Positions 1 to 8,500 of a stretch of 64,000 nucleotides of DNA are shown piece by piece. Under the pieces are notes generated by a model that was given only the letters and a program-made list of their open reading frames with translations, did not search any database and had not been told where the DNA came from. A program made the translations under genes and the position numbers. How positions within the stretch are numbered: the stretch's first letter is position 1; every line of letters starts with the position of its first letter. Location of the stretch: positions 1 to 64,000 of the IMG/VR virus record IMGVR_UViG_3300036715_002842; one strand, written 5' to 3'. The stretch is from a virus.

Positions 1-1
1 C

Positions 2-232
2 CTTTCCGAGGAACATAAAGAGAAGATTCGTCTTGCTCATACTGGTCTTAAGTTGTCGGAAGAAGCAAAAGAAGGAATGCGCGGTAGGGTAACTTCCGAT
101 GAAACAAAACGAAAGCTAAGCGCTGCGTGTAAAGGAAAGAAGCTGACGGAAGAGCAAAAGGCGAAGATGCGTAAACCCCATTCTGCCGAACATAATGCAA
201 AGGTTCGAAAGAGTAGATGGGGATTGGAATGA
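2..232 (+). CDS. 3' end of NUMOD3-repeat protein (probable homing endonuclease), truncated by window edge
   Basis: Frame 2 reads LSEEHKEKIRLAH...TSDETKRKLSAACKGKKLTEEQKAKMRKPHSAEH...GLE*; repeated (S/T)EExKxK(I/L/M) NUMOD3-like units; TGA overlaps next ATG. Confidence 0.75.
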   Translation, partial: LSEEHKEKIRLAHTGLKLSEEAKEGMRGRVTSDETKRKLSAACKGKKLTEEQKAKMRKPHSAEHNAKVRKSRWGLE

Positions 233-597
233 AACTCCTCATTCGAGCAGCTCTGACGATGCCTCTTGAACCTGAGCTTCAAACTCTCATCAAGAAATTT
301 GAAGCAATGGGTGTTAGCATCTCCCTGTTTCAGCATCCAGAGTACCTCAAGCTCAACTCTATCAAGGTACCCAAGGAGAGACGGGGAGAAGGATTGGGTA
401 CGGAGTTCATGGAGAACTTGGTTCGGATCGCCGATCAGTATGGGCTAGCTATATTTTTAACACCTTCGACAGATCTAGGTGCTTCGTCCATCTCCCGTCT
501 GAGGAGCTTCTATTCCCGCTTTGGGTTCAAAAGGAACCAGGGTCGGAACAAGGATTTCCGTAGTTGGGATGGAATGGTACGGCAACCACGTAAATAG
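229..597 (+). CDS. GNAT-family acetyltransferase
   Basis: Acetyl-CoA motif A VPKERRGEGLGT and C-terminal FYSRFGF; ATG 229 overlaps upstream TGA. Confidence 0.8.
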   Translation: MKLLIRAALTMPLEPELQTLIKKFEAMGVSISLFQHPEYLKLNSIKVPKERRGEGLGTEFMENLVRIADQYGLAIFLTPSTDLGASSISRLRSFYSRFGFKRNQGRNKDFRSWDGMVRQPRK

Positions 598-599
598 CC

Positions 600-627
600 T
601 TGACATTTTGAATTGCTGGGTTATCTT
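600..627 (+). promoter_or_regulatory. sigma70-like promoter
   Basis: TTGACA-16 nt-TATCTT upstream of ORF at 663. Confidence 0.6.
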
Positions 628-662
628 GGATCTGGAGACTTATTCTCTACTTGGAGGGACCC

Positions 663-1010
663 ATGACAACCGCAGTAGCTACCTTAACACCCGAAGGAAC
701 TAAGCTTAGAGATTTCCTTCTCACTCACCTGAACGCTCATACCCTTCCATCTTACACAATGGTCGGAAATCATATGGGATGGACTCGGGACGACGATCGT
801 CTGGGACAGACTCTTCTTGAGGTACTTCAGTATGAGCTGGAGACTTCCGGACTTCCTCTCACCGCAATCGTTGTAAGTCCTGGTACTGGCGCCCCTCACA
901 TCGCCTTCTATCACTACCTCAAGGGTCTGGTGCCGGCCTATAAGAAGGTGCCGAACTACCTCATCCTGATGGATTGCTACAAGAAACTTGGCTATCCCAC
1001 AACTATCTAA
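663..1010 (+). CDS. hypothetical protein
   Basis: GGAGG RBS before ATG 663; 115-aa ORF. Confidence 0.65.
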   Translation: MTTAVATLTPEGTKLRDFLLTHLNAHTLPSYTMVGNHMGWTRDDDRLGQTLLEVLQYELETSGLPLTAIVVSPGTGAPHIAFYHYLKGLVPAYKKVPNYLILMDCYKKLGYPTTI

Positions 1011-1031
1011 GAAATTAGATGAATTTTTCAA

Positions 1032-1065
1032 ATACCCTTGACAATTTAATCGTCAAGGGTATATT
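1032..1065 (+). promoter_or_regulatory. palindromic sigma70-like promoter, copy 1
   Basis: ATACCCTTGACAATTTAATCGTCAAGGGTATATT; TTGACA 1038-1043, TATATT 1060-1065, followed by AAGGAG RBS. Confidence 0.75.
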
Positions 1066-1084
1066 TATATCATAAGGAGCCACC

Positions 1085-1762
1085 ATGACCGACCTCTTTG
1101 CTGCCGCCCCGACCGTTGCCCCTAAGCCCGCCGCGGCCAAGAAGGGTAAGAAGAAGGAATTCGCCCTCTCCGATACCCACACCCTGTACGCTGCCGCCAA
1201 GTCCCTGGTCGACAGTGCGACGACCATCGTCAAGACCCTGGAAGCGGAAGTGAAGGTCGAGACCAAGGAGATCTTCGCCAACGAGGGTGTCCGGCTGAAC
1301 GGCCAGCCCGAGAACTTCGACGGCATCAGCGCCCACGCGAGCAGCAACTGCCAGCTTCGCCAGCGTGCCAGCACCTCCGTCCTGAGCGAAGAGGAAGTGC
1401 GGATCGCCAAGGAGAACGAGATCCCCCTCTCCGAGAAGGTGACCAAGGAAGCGGTGCCCGAGCGGTTCTTCTTCGAAGAGTCCCTGCTGTCCAACCCTGA
1501 GTACCGGGCCAAGATCTCTGCCGCCCTGAGTACCATCGACTTCGGCGGCATCTCCCCGATCGTCCGTCAGGCCCCTGAGGAGAAGGTGTTCGGCTACATC
1601 GTGGCTGAGAACGCCATCGACGAGCTCTTCAAGAAGGTGAAGGACACCACGAAGGCGAAGGAGCTCATGAGCATCGTGGGTGTCCTGGCCCTCAAGACCA
1701 AGTTCGATGGCACCCTGCAGGACGCGGTCAAGATCCTGGACGAGGCCGGCATCAAGCTGTAA
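1085..1762 (+). CDS. hypothetical protein, probably highly expressed
   Basis: Strong RBS, strongly C/G-ending codons, Lys/Ala-rich N-terminus. Confidence 0.8.
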   Translation: MTDLFAAAPTVAPKPAAAKKGKKKEFALSDTHTLYAAAKSLVDSATTIVKTLEAEVKVETKEIFANEGVRLNGQPENFDGISAHASSNCQLRQRASTSVLSEEEVRIAKENEIPLSEKVTKEAVPERFFFEESLLSNPEYRAKISAALSTIDFGGISPIVRQAPEEKVFGYIVAENAIDELFKKVKDTTKAKELMSIVGVLALKTKFDGTLQDAVKILDEAGIKL

Positions 1763-1813
1763 CAGAAGCGGGACGGAAAGCTAACCGTTCATTGACACCG
1801 GTGAAAGGACCGG

Positions 1814-1844
1814 CGGCGGATTTCCTCCCAGATCCGCCGTTTTT
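1814..1844 (+). terminator. intrinsic terminator
   Basis: CGGCGGA...TCCGCCG stem followed by TTTTT. Confidence 0.65.
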
Positions 1845-1847
1845 CTA

Positions 1848-1877
1848 CCTTGACAATTTAATTGTCAAGGGTATATT
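1848..1877 (+). promoter_or_regulatory. palindromic sigma70-like promoter, copy 2
   Basis: CCTTGACAATT-T-AATTGTCAAGG-GTATATT. Confidence 0.75.
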
Positions 1878-1895
1878 TAAAGCCTGGAGGGAACC

Positions 1896-2225
1896 TTGAT
1901 CAAAGAGCTGCATGATTTCGACAAGTTCACGGATGAGCAGGTCCGCGTGATGAACCTGGGCTTCGATACCCTCGTTCCCCGGTTCCATGAAGCTCTGACC
2001 AAGGCCCTTGAGGCCCACAGCGCCATCGTTCCCCTGCCCCATGTGAACGAGAAGGGCGTCAATACTATCGTTCTCTGCAACAACCTGATGTACTCCCTGT
2101 ACGAGAGCTACGTTGAGGAGGCCCGGGTTCTTTACTACCGCGCTACCCGTTTCCCCGACTTGACCAATCAGCTTCAAACCGTCCGCGAAGAGTTCGTTGG
2201 AAAGATCCGCCTTTCATTCTGCTGA
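1896..2225 (+). CDS. hypothetical protein
   Basis: GGAGG RBS, TTG start, phage-like codon usage. Confidence 0.65.
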   Translation: MIKELHDFDKFTDEQVRVMNLGFDTLVPRFHEALTKALEAHSAIVPLPHVNEKGVNTIVLCNNLMYSLYESYVEEARVLYYRATRFPDLTNQLQTVREEFVGKIRLSFC

Positions 2226-2233
2226 GAAGTTCG

Positions 2234-2440
2234 ATGTTCCCTCCATCACACCTTCCATTACATCCGACCGATAACTTGGTCCAGTCCGAGAAGGATCCGG
2301 TCGCATTGGCGACGAAGTTGCGTGCCGCCTGGGATTCAATTCATGCTGCAGGCTTGGGCGCTGAGCTCGAACTCCTCATGGAAGCCGCAGTTGATCAGGA
2401 ACGTATGTCGGTCGCTGAAGACGAAGCTGGAGAATTATGA
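2234..2440 (+). CDS. hypothetical protein
   Basis: 68-aa ORF in tightly packed operon. Confidence 0.55.
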   Translation: MFPPSHLPLHPTDNLVQSEKDPVALATKLRAAWDSIHAAGLGAELELLMEAAVDQERMSVAEDEAGEL

Positions 2441-2685
2441 CACTCGCAGAACTGAACCTGGATCCCGAGACCAAAGAAAAGCTCAAAGAGCTTCTAGTCA
2501 ATGCGGATGTCTTCCGATCCACTGGGGTGTTCAACAACAATGGCGCGGACAGCTATCGTTGCCCTTGCTGCTTCGGGTCAACCAACATCCTGGGTAATGC
2601 TTTCTCCTACGGCACCATGGAGGCGTGTGAGCATGAGCCGGACTGCAACCTCAACAAGCTCTACAAGGACATCTATGAGCACTGA
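2437..2685 (+). CDS. small Cys-rich hypothetical protein
   Basis: ATGA overlap; CPCC...CEHEPDC possible zinc site. Confidence 0.6.
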   Translation: MTLAELNLDPETKEKLKELLVNADVFRSTGVFNNNGADSYRCPCCFGSTNILGNAFSYGTMEACEHEPDCNLNKLYKDIYEH

Positions 2686-2914
2686 GACAGATGAAATCCT
2701 CGAAATGCAGAACTTCCTGGGCATCCGGGAAAAGCCGCATAACATCTGGCAAGCCCAGTTTTCGAGAGAAGTTGGGTACGAAGACTGGTTAACTTCCTAC
2801 AAGAGGCAGCTTCGTACTCAGTGCGAAGATCGTCTTGCCGAGGACTTCCTGAAGAACCTGGGTGCCCGGCTCTTTCGAGAACGTTTCCACTTCTTCCATG
2901 AGTTCCAGCGATGA
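2675..2914 (+). CDS. hypothetical protein
   Basis: Internal ATG (MSTETDEILEM) of track ORF 2501..2914; overlaps upstream stop. Confidence 0.55.
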   Translation: MSTETDEILEMQNFLGIREKPHNIWQAQFSREVGYEDWLTSYKRQLRTQCEDRLAEDFLKNLGARLFRERFHFFHEFQR

Positions 2915-2921
2915 GGATTCT

Positions 2922-3137
2922 ATGACTGACCGCCATTCGGCTTACCTCGTAATTCTTGAACACGATATGCGCGAGGACGATGCTCAAGCCACGGTTACTG
3001 CCTTGGGCCAGATCAAAGGGGTTCTGAGCGTGGGTCCTTACGTCGCCGAGAACATGGTGAACGACATCGCAGAGGCCCGGGTTCGAAATGAGCTCACCCA
3101 GAAGCTGATCGAGGTCCTCCACCCCAAACGCTCGTAG
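2922..3137 (+). CDS. hypothetical protein
   Basis: GAGG RBS before ATG 2922 (MTDRHSAYLV). Confidence 0.6.
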   Translation: MTDRHSAYLVILEHDMREDDAQATVTALGQIKGVLSVGPYVAENMVNDIAEARVRNELTQKLIEVLHPKRS

Positions 3138-3166
3138 TTTCCTCTATAATAAAGGAGGAGATTGCC

Positions 3167-4003
3167 ATGGGCTTTGGTAGCGTAGAAGACTACAAACGGC
3201 GCTTGGACAAGGCGGAAGAGAAGCTTGATCGCGTTCCCAACGAAGGTCCAATCTGGAATGTGGATTGGATGGACGCGAAAGACTATCTCTCCAGCGCAAT
3301 CGACACCATTCAGTGGGTGATCACGGACAAGATTCGTGACCTGGATTCATGGAAAGCCCTGGACCAGGAAACCCAGCACAAGCTCTACTACACCATGTGC
3401 AACCTGGGGTACCCTCACGAGTTCCGAAGAAAGACTGAGCTGTTCCGAAAAGCCTTTTCGAAGTATCCAGAGTTTATGGCTATCGCAGTTCCCTTCTTTG
3501 ATGAGCTCCTTCCCGTTTGCGACAAGCTGGCAACCCTCAAGTCGAAGGTAATGAAAGGTCGGAAGCCCTCTCTGACACCTTCCAAGATACCTGAACGTAC
3601 CATCGAGAACACTGGTACCTGTGGGGTTTGCAAACGCAACGTAAAGATGGTCACCAGGGGTAAGCACTACATCTGGACCCACGGTTACTCTGTGGACCAT
3701 CACTACGGAAGATCCGCGGATTGCTTTGGATCCGGCCACCAGCCAATCGAGGAGAGCAATGAGGTTCTGACTGCTTACCAGGAGAACCTTGAGAAGTATC
3801 TTGAGACCCTTCCGATTGCCATCGAGAACCTTACCAAGTGGCTCGCAGAGAATCCTTTGACCAAAGAGAACCGAACTGGATTTGAAAACCGTCAGAGAAG
3901 CCTAAGTCAGTACAAGTTCGAAATCAAGCGAATTCCGGAAACAATCGAAGACCTCAAAGCAGAAATACTTGCGTGGAAACCTAGAAATCTTCCCGGGACC
4001 TAG
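3167..4003 (+). CDS. hypothetical protein with zinc-finger-like motif
   Basis: AGGAGGAG RBS; GTCGVC...HGY...C motif. Confidence 0.75.
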   Translation: MGFGSVEDYKRRLDKAEEKLDRVPNEGPIWNVDWMDAKDYLSSAIDTIQWVITDKIRDLDSWKALDQETQHKLYYTMCNLGYPHEFRRKTELFRKAFSKYPEFMAIAVPFFDELLPVCDKLATLKSKVMKGRKPSLTPSKIPERTIENTGTCGVCKRNVKMVTRGKHYIWTHGYSVDHHYGRSADCFGSGHQPIEESNEVLTAYQENLEKYLETLPIAIENLTKWLAENPLTKENRTGFENRQRSLSQYKFEIKRIPETIEDLKAEILAWKPRNLPGT

Positions 4004-4086
4004 TGGTTTGGGTAGGATTTCTTCTCGGAGTAATCTTCACAGTAATATGTGTAGAACTGGTTATTTGGAGTGCTAGAGATAAAGAA

Positions 4087-4116
4087 CCTTGACAATTTAA
4101 TTGTCAAGGGTATATT
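4087..4116 (+). promoter_or_regulatory. palindromic sigma70-like promoter, copy 3
   Basis: CCTTGACAATTTAATTGTCAAGGGTATATT, identical to copy 2. Confidence 0.75.
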
Positions 4117-4133
4117 TGTACTGAGGTGCAAAT

Positions 4134-4262
4134 ATGCCGAATCCGAACGACACATTCACCAACCTTCCCAACCCAGATCTAGATCCAGAACAGATTTCGT
4201 GGCTTGAAGCCCTCGCGGAAAATATCGAAGATGCAAAAGATGCCGGCATGGTGACCAGGTGA
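4134..4262 (+). CDS. small acidic hypothetical protein (42 aa)
   Basis: GAGG RBS; MPNPNDTFTNLPNPDLDPEQISWLEALAENIEDAKDAGMVTR*; stop overlaps next GTG. Confidence 0.5.
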   Translation: MPNPNDTFTNLPNPDLDPEQISWLEALAENIEDAKDAGMVTR

Positions 4263-4939
4263 TCGCCGAAGCAACCAAGTACGGGTTCATGTACCCACCC
4301 CGTCCGGAGATGGCAGTCAATCCGGAGCTCCTGGATTTCTATCAGAATAGAGGTTTTATCTCCCAGGTGAAGAAAAATGGAACTTGTACGGAGATCATCG
4401 TCGCCCCGAATGGGGAACAAAAGATTCTCCACCCAAGTCTGGTCAATCTTCCGGTTGAGCGCAAGATCGACCTCTTCACTCGTCATGGGGAAGCTCACAA
4501 GGCTTGGACCCCGGATTTCCGGAGCCCTGCTCTTCGCCGGATGCAAGAACTGCCGAACGAGTGGTACATCTTCGTGGCAGAACTTCTCCACAGCAAGGGC
4601 ACTGGCCAGAAGGATACGCTCTACGTATTCGACATGATTGTCGCGGAGAAACCCCTCGTGGGTAAGACCTTCATTCAGCGCCAGGATATGCTGTTCAATC
4701 TCTGGGACATTCACAAGGACGAACGATTCGACTACTGCGAAGTCGATGAACGCCTGTGGCTCTCGAAGCCCATCATCAACATGAAATTCTCACACGTATT
4801 TCACAACATGCTCGGACCAGAAGATGAGGGCCTTGTCCTCAAGAAGCCAGATGCTCCTCTTGAAATCTGTGGGAAGCAAAGCAACAATCAATCTTGGCAG
4901 GTCAAGTCCCGCCGAGAAACGAAAAACTACAAACACTAG
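4259..4939 (+). CDS. ATP-dependent nucleic-acid ligase, stand-alone adenylation domain
   Basis: Motif I QVKKNG, FTRHG, motif III AEL, IIIa YVFD, IV EGLVLK, V WQVK; no OB domain. Confidence 0.75.
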   Translation: MIAEATKYGFMYPPRPEMAVNPELLDFYQNRGFISQVKKNGTCTEIIVAPNGEQKILHPSLVNLPVERKIDLFTRHGEAHKAWTPDFRSPALRRMQELPNEWYIFVAELLHSKGTGQKDTLYVFDMIVAEKPLVGKTFIQRQDMLFNLWDIHKDERFDYCEVDERLWLSKPIINMKFSHVFHNMLGPEDEGLVLKKPDAPLEICGKQSNNQSWQVKSRRETKNYKH

Positions 4940-4952
4940 ATCGGAGTGAGAT

Positions 4953-5582
4953 ATGATCAAGACTGTGGTCCTGATGGCAGGACCTTACGGCAGCGGGAAG
5001 TCGAAGTACGTGAAGCAGGCTCAGGCCAAACTTCCAAAAGATGTCACCTCAGCCGTCTGCAGCTCCAGCTTCTTCTTCCTGAACCAGGGGGTTTATCGGT
5101 TCGAAGCAACCAAGCTCTCTGAAGCCTTCTCTTCCACGCGCCGGAAATTTCTTTCCGAGATCTCCAAGGGAACCACAATCATCTTCGTGGACGATACCCA
5201 TCTCAAATTCCAGTACCGGAAATTCTATCTCGAGCATGCCATCGAGAACGGTTACCAGGTTGAAATCTGTGTCATGGCCAATGAAAAGAAGAACATTGAG
5301 TGCGACCTACCTCCTGGCCGCTACCTCGTGTACGAAGGGGAAGAGGATCTCGAGTGCGAATACCGGCCTCTGGAAACCGAGCAGGTAGCAGTGACCGTCG
5401 AAGGAGTTCCAGTACCTCAGGGTGGACCCATGCTTCGACCGGTCCCACAGCAAACACCTCCAGGCCCCACAATGGGATCCATTGTGGAGGACAAGGAAAC
5501 TGGGCTACTAAAGAAGTTCAACGGGGACCGGTGGATCTACTACACCCCAGTTCCGGACCCCGTTGAGGTCATTCGACTCTAG
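4953..5582 (+). CDS. P-loop kinase (AAA_33 / polynucleotide-kinase-like)
   Basis: Walker A GPYGSGKS, Walker B IFVDDT. Confidence 0.7.
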   Translation: MIKTVVLMAGPYGSGKSKYVKQAQAKLPKDVTSAVCSSSFFFLNQGVYRFEATKLSEAFSSTRRKFLSEISKGTTIIFVDDTHLKFQYRKFYLEHAIENGYQVEICVMANEKKNIECDLPPGRYLVYEGEEDLECEYRPLETEQVAVTVEGVPVPQGGPMLRPVPQQTPPGPTMGSIVEDKETGLLKKFNGDRWIYYTPVPDPVEVIRL

Positions 5583-8500
5583 CTACAACCACCTGTAGCT
5601 CCGCAGGTCATGCACTTGGTGCAAGAACCATTGCGGACCAGAGTCAGATTTCCACATTCGACGCACGCATCTCCGGTGTAACCCTTCTCCTTTGCTGAAT
5701 TCACTTCGTTCTTTCCCTTACGTGCCACGGGGATCATGGCTACACGTTCGACGGTCTCTTCTTTGCCACCGCGATCGACTGTCTTGGCTACCGGCTTGGT
5801 GATCTCCTGTCCTTCCTCACCCTGTACCAGATCTGTTCGACCCAGGTAGGTGATGGACAGTTCACGGAACACGTAGTCAATGATCGAGTGAGCCATCTTG
5901 ATGGAGTCGTTTCCACGAACCATACCAGCAGGCTCGAACTTGGTGAACATGAACGCATCGCAGAACTCTTCCAGGGGAACTCCGTACTGAAGTCCCATGG
6001 AGACGGAGATAGCGAAGGCGTTCAGCAAGGAACGGAAGGCAGCACCCTCGCGGTGGGTATCAAGGAAGATTTCTCCAATGCCACCATCCTCGTACTCACC
6101 AGTTCTGAGATAGATTTTCGTGGTTCCGATCTGAGCGGACTGGGTATATCCTCCACGACGGTTGGGGAGCTTCCGGCGATAGGAGCGAAGGTAGCTCTCT
6201 GCGATTGCCTTAGCCTTCTCCACCTTGGGGGCTTCATCATCCAGAAGGATGTCAGCGCTGTCAAGCAGGTCCAGGTTGGTTGCAAGGGCCTGAGACATCT
6301 TTGAACCATCTCGATAGAGGGCAACGGACTTGAGACCGCATTTCCAAGCTTCTTCGTAGATGTATCCGATCTCATCCATACTGGTCTCAGCTGGAAGGTT
6401 GACGGTCTTGCTGATGGCGCCGGATAGGAATGGCTGGGTTGCTGCCATCATATACACGTGACCCATTGGTGCAATGAACCGCTTGCCGATCTTGCCACAC
6501 CGGTTAGCGCAATCAAAGATTGCATAGTGCTCGGTCTTGAGACCAGGCGCCCCCTCGACGGTCATACGACCACCCAGTTCCAGGTAGAACATCTCGATTG
6601 CGTCCTGGGTGAACCCAAGCTGTTCGAGAAGAGGTTGGGTTTCTTTGCCATCCGGATTCAAGCCCAGTGCGCGGTAGTCGTCATCCGACAGGGTTGCTAG
6701 GGAGAAGAGGAAACTAGGATCGAACGAGGAAGGGATTGCCTTCTCGATCTTCTGAATCATTTCATCGGTGAAGCCCTTCTCATGGAGATCGAGGAGATTG
6801 ATTCCCGGGGTATCTTCAGTGATCTTCTTGATGCCCACCACATACTCAACGATGCCTTCGATCTCATCGTTCTTGTATCCCAGGCGGCTTAGGGACTCGG
6901 TTAGGGACTGATTCACCAGCTTGAAGTAACCACCACCTGCGAGCTTCTTGAACTTCACGATGGAGAAGTCCGGCTCAATTCCGGTGGTATCGCAATCCAT
7001 GATCAGGCCAATCGTGCCAGTAGGTGCCAGGCAAGAAACCTGGGCATTACGATATCCGTACTGCTTACCTAGCTCCCACGCTTCATCCCAGCATTCTTTG
7101 ACTGCGGCGCCCAAAGGACGGGGCAGAGAGCGAATCTTCAGGCCCACCGGTGGCATGGTTAAGTCTTCGTAATCCGAGGTCTTAGCGTTATATGCCGCGC
7201 TCCTATGGTTACCAATGACCTTCAGCATCACCTCTTTGTTCTCTTCGTAACGCTCGAATGGGCCATGATCCTTTGCTAGCTTCGCGGAGGTTGCATAGGC
7301 TTCACCAGTCAGGATTGCAGTCACCGCACCTGCCCACTGACGACCCTGATCTGAATCGTAGGGGATGCCCAGTCGCTGAAGCATGGTTCCGAGGTTTGCA
7401 TAACCCAGTCCCAAGGTACGGAACTCATAACTGAGCTGCGCAATGGTGGGTGAGGGGTACTGGGCCATCAGTACGCTGATCTCTAGAACCATTGTCCACA
7501 GTCTTGCTGCGTGACGGTAAGCCTCTACGTTGAAGACCCCATCATTCAGGAAGGTGCAGAGATTCAGGCTGGCGAGATTACATGCAGTGTCATCTAGGAA
7601 CATGTATTCCGAGTTGTGGATAAAGATACCAGATGCTTTCTCTTTGGACCTGCTTGTGTAGATTCCAAAGTTGTGGTATCCATCGACTGTTCCATCATAG
7701 ACATCTTCAGTTCCTGCAAACTCAACCGAAACTACTTTATGGTTGAAGTGCTGAGCTTGGTCTAAGAATTCCTCTTCGTTACTGAAGATATTTTGAAGGA
7801 CTTCGGACTTCGGAAAATGGTAGGCTCCAAGTTCTTTCGCAACAGGTTTCAGACTATCCCAGGATTCAAAGGTAAATTGATTGTTGGATTCTAGAAGAAG
7901 TTTTCCAACTTTTAAGCACTTGTTTCGAATGCTAGCAAGCTGTGCTTTCTTTACATTTTCAGGCTTTGCTCCAAGAGAATTAGAAATTCTCAGTTTTTCG
8001 ATATGCGCTGGAGAAAGTGCTTTTCCTCGAAGCTTGGCTGCAGCAAGGCTCTTGGTACCTCTTACTCCACAAAGTGCAGAACAGTAAAGTCTCTCCTCAT
8101 TCATAGAACTGAACTTGTTTCGGCAAACTGCACATGATAGCTCATGTCGAAGATGCTTCGGACGACCAACTTCCTCTCCAGAAGCCATTCTCGTTAGCTG
8201 AACTTCTGTCATATGAATTCGGGTTGCTTCTTTTCTTTCGGGAGTCCAACGACTTACCATCTTCAATTTAGTCTTTGAAGAATGAGTCTTTCCAAAATTA
8301 GGATTTTGTTCCCCAGTGAAGTAGGTACGAAGCTTTTCTTTCCAAACTAGTTTCTGCTCTTCTGTCAAACGATGGACAGGATTATTTTCTCCAGTCATGT
8401 GCGAAACGTGGATTTCTGTGTGAGCTTCTGGAGTTAGAAGTTCCAGGTTTTCCAATGAATCGTTTTGAGCATTCCAATCTTTGTGATGAATATGCATTTT

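Noticed and set aside
229-597. GNAT as the cognate toxin of the DUF1778-like peptide
   Set aside because: 31 kb apart, shorter than TacT/AtaT-type toxins and without their recognisable N-terminal features
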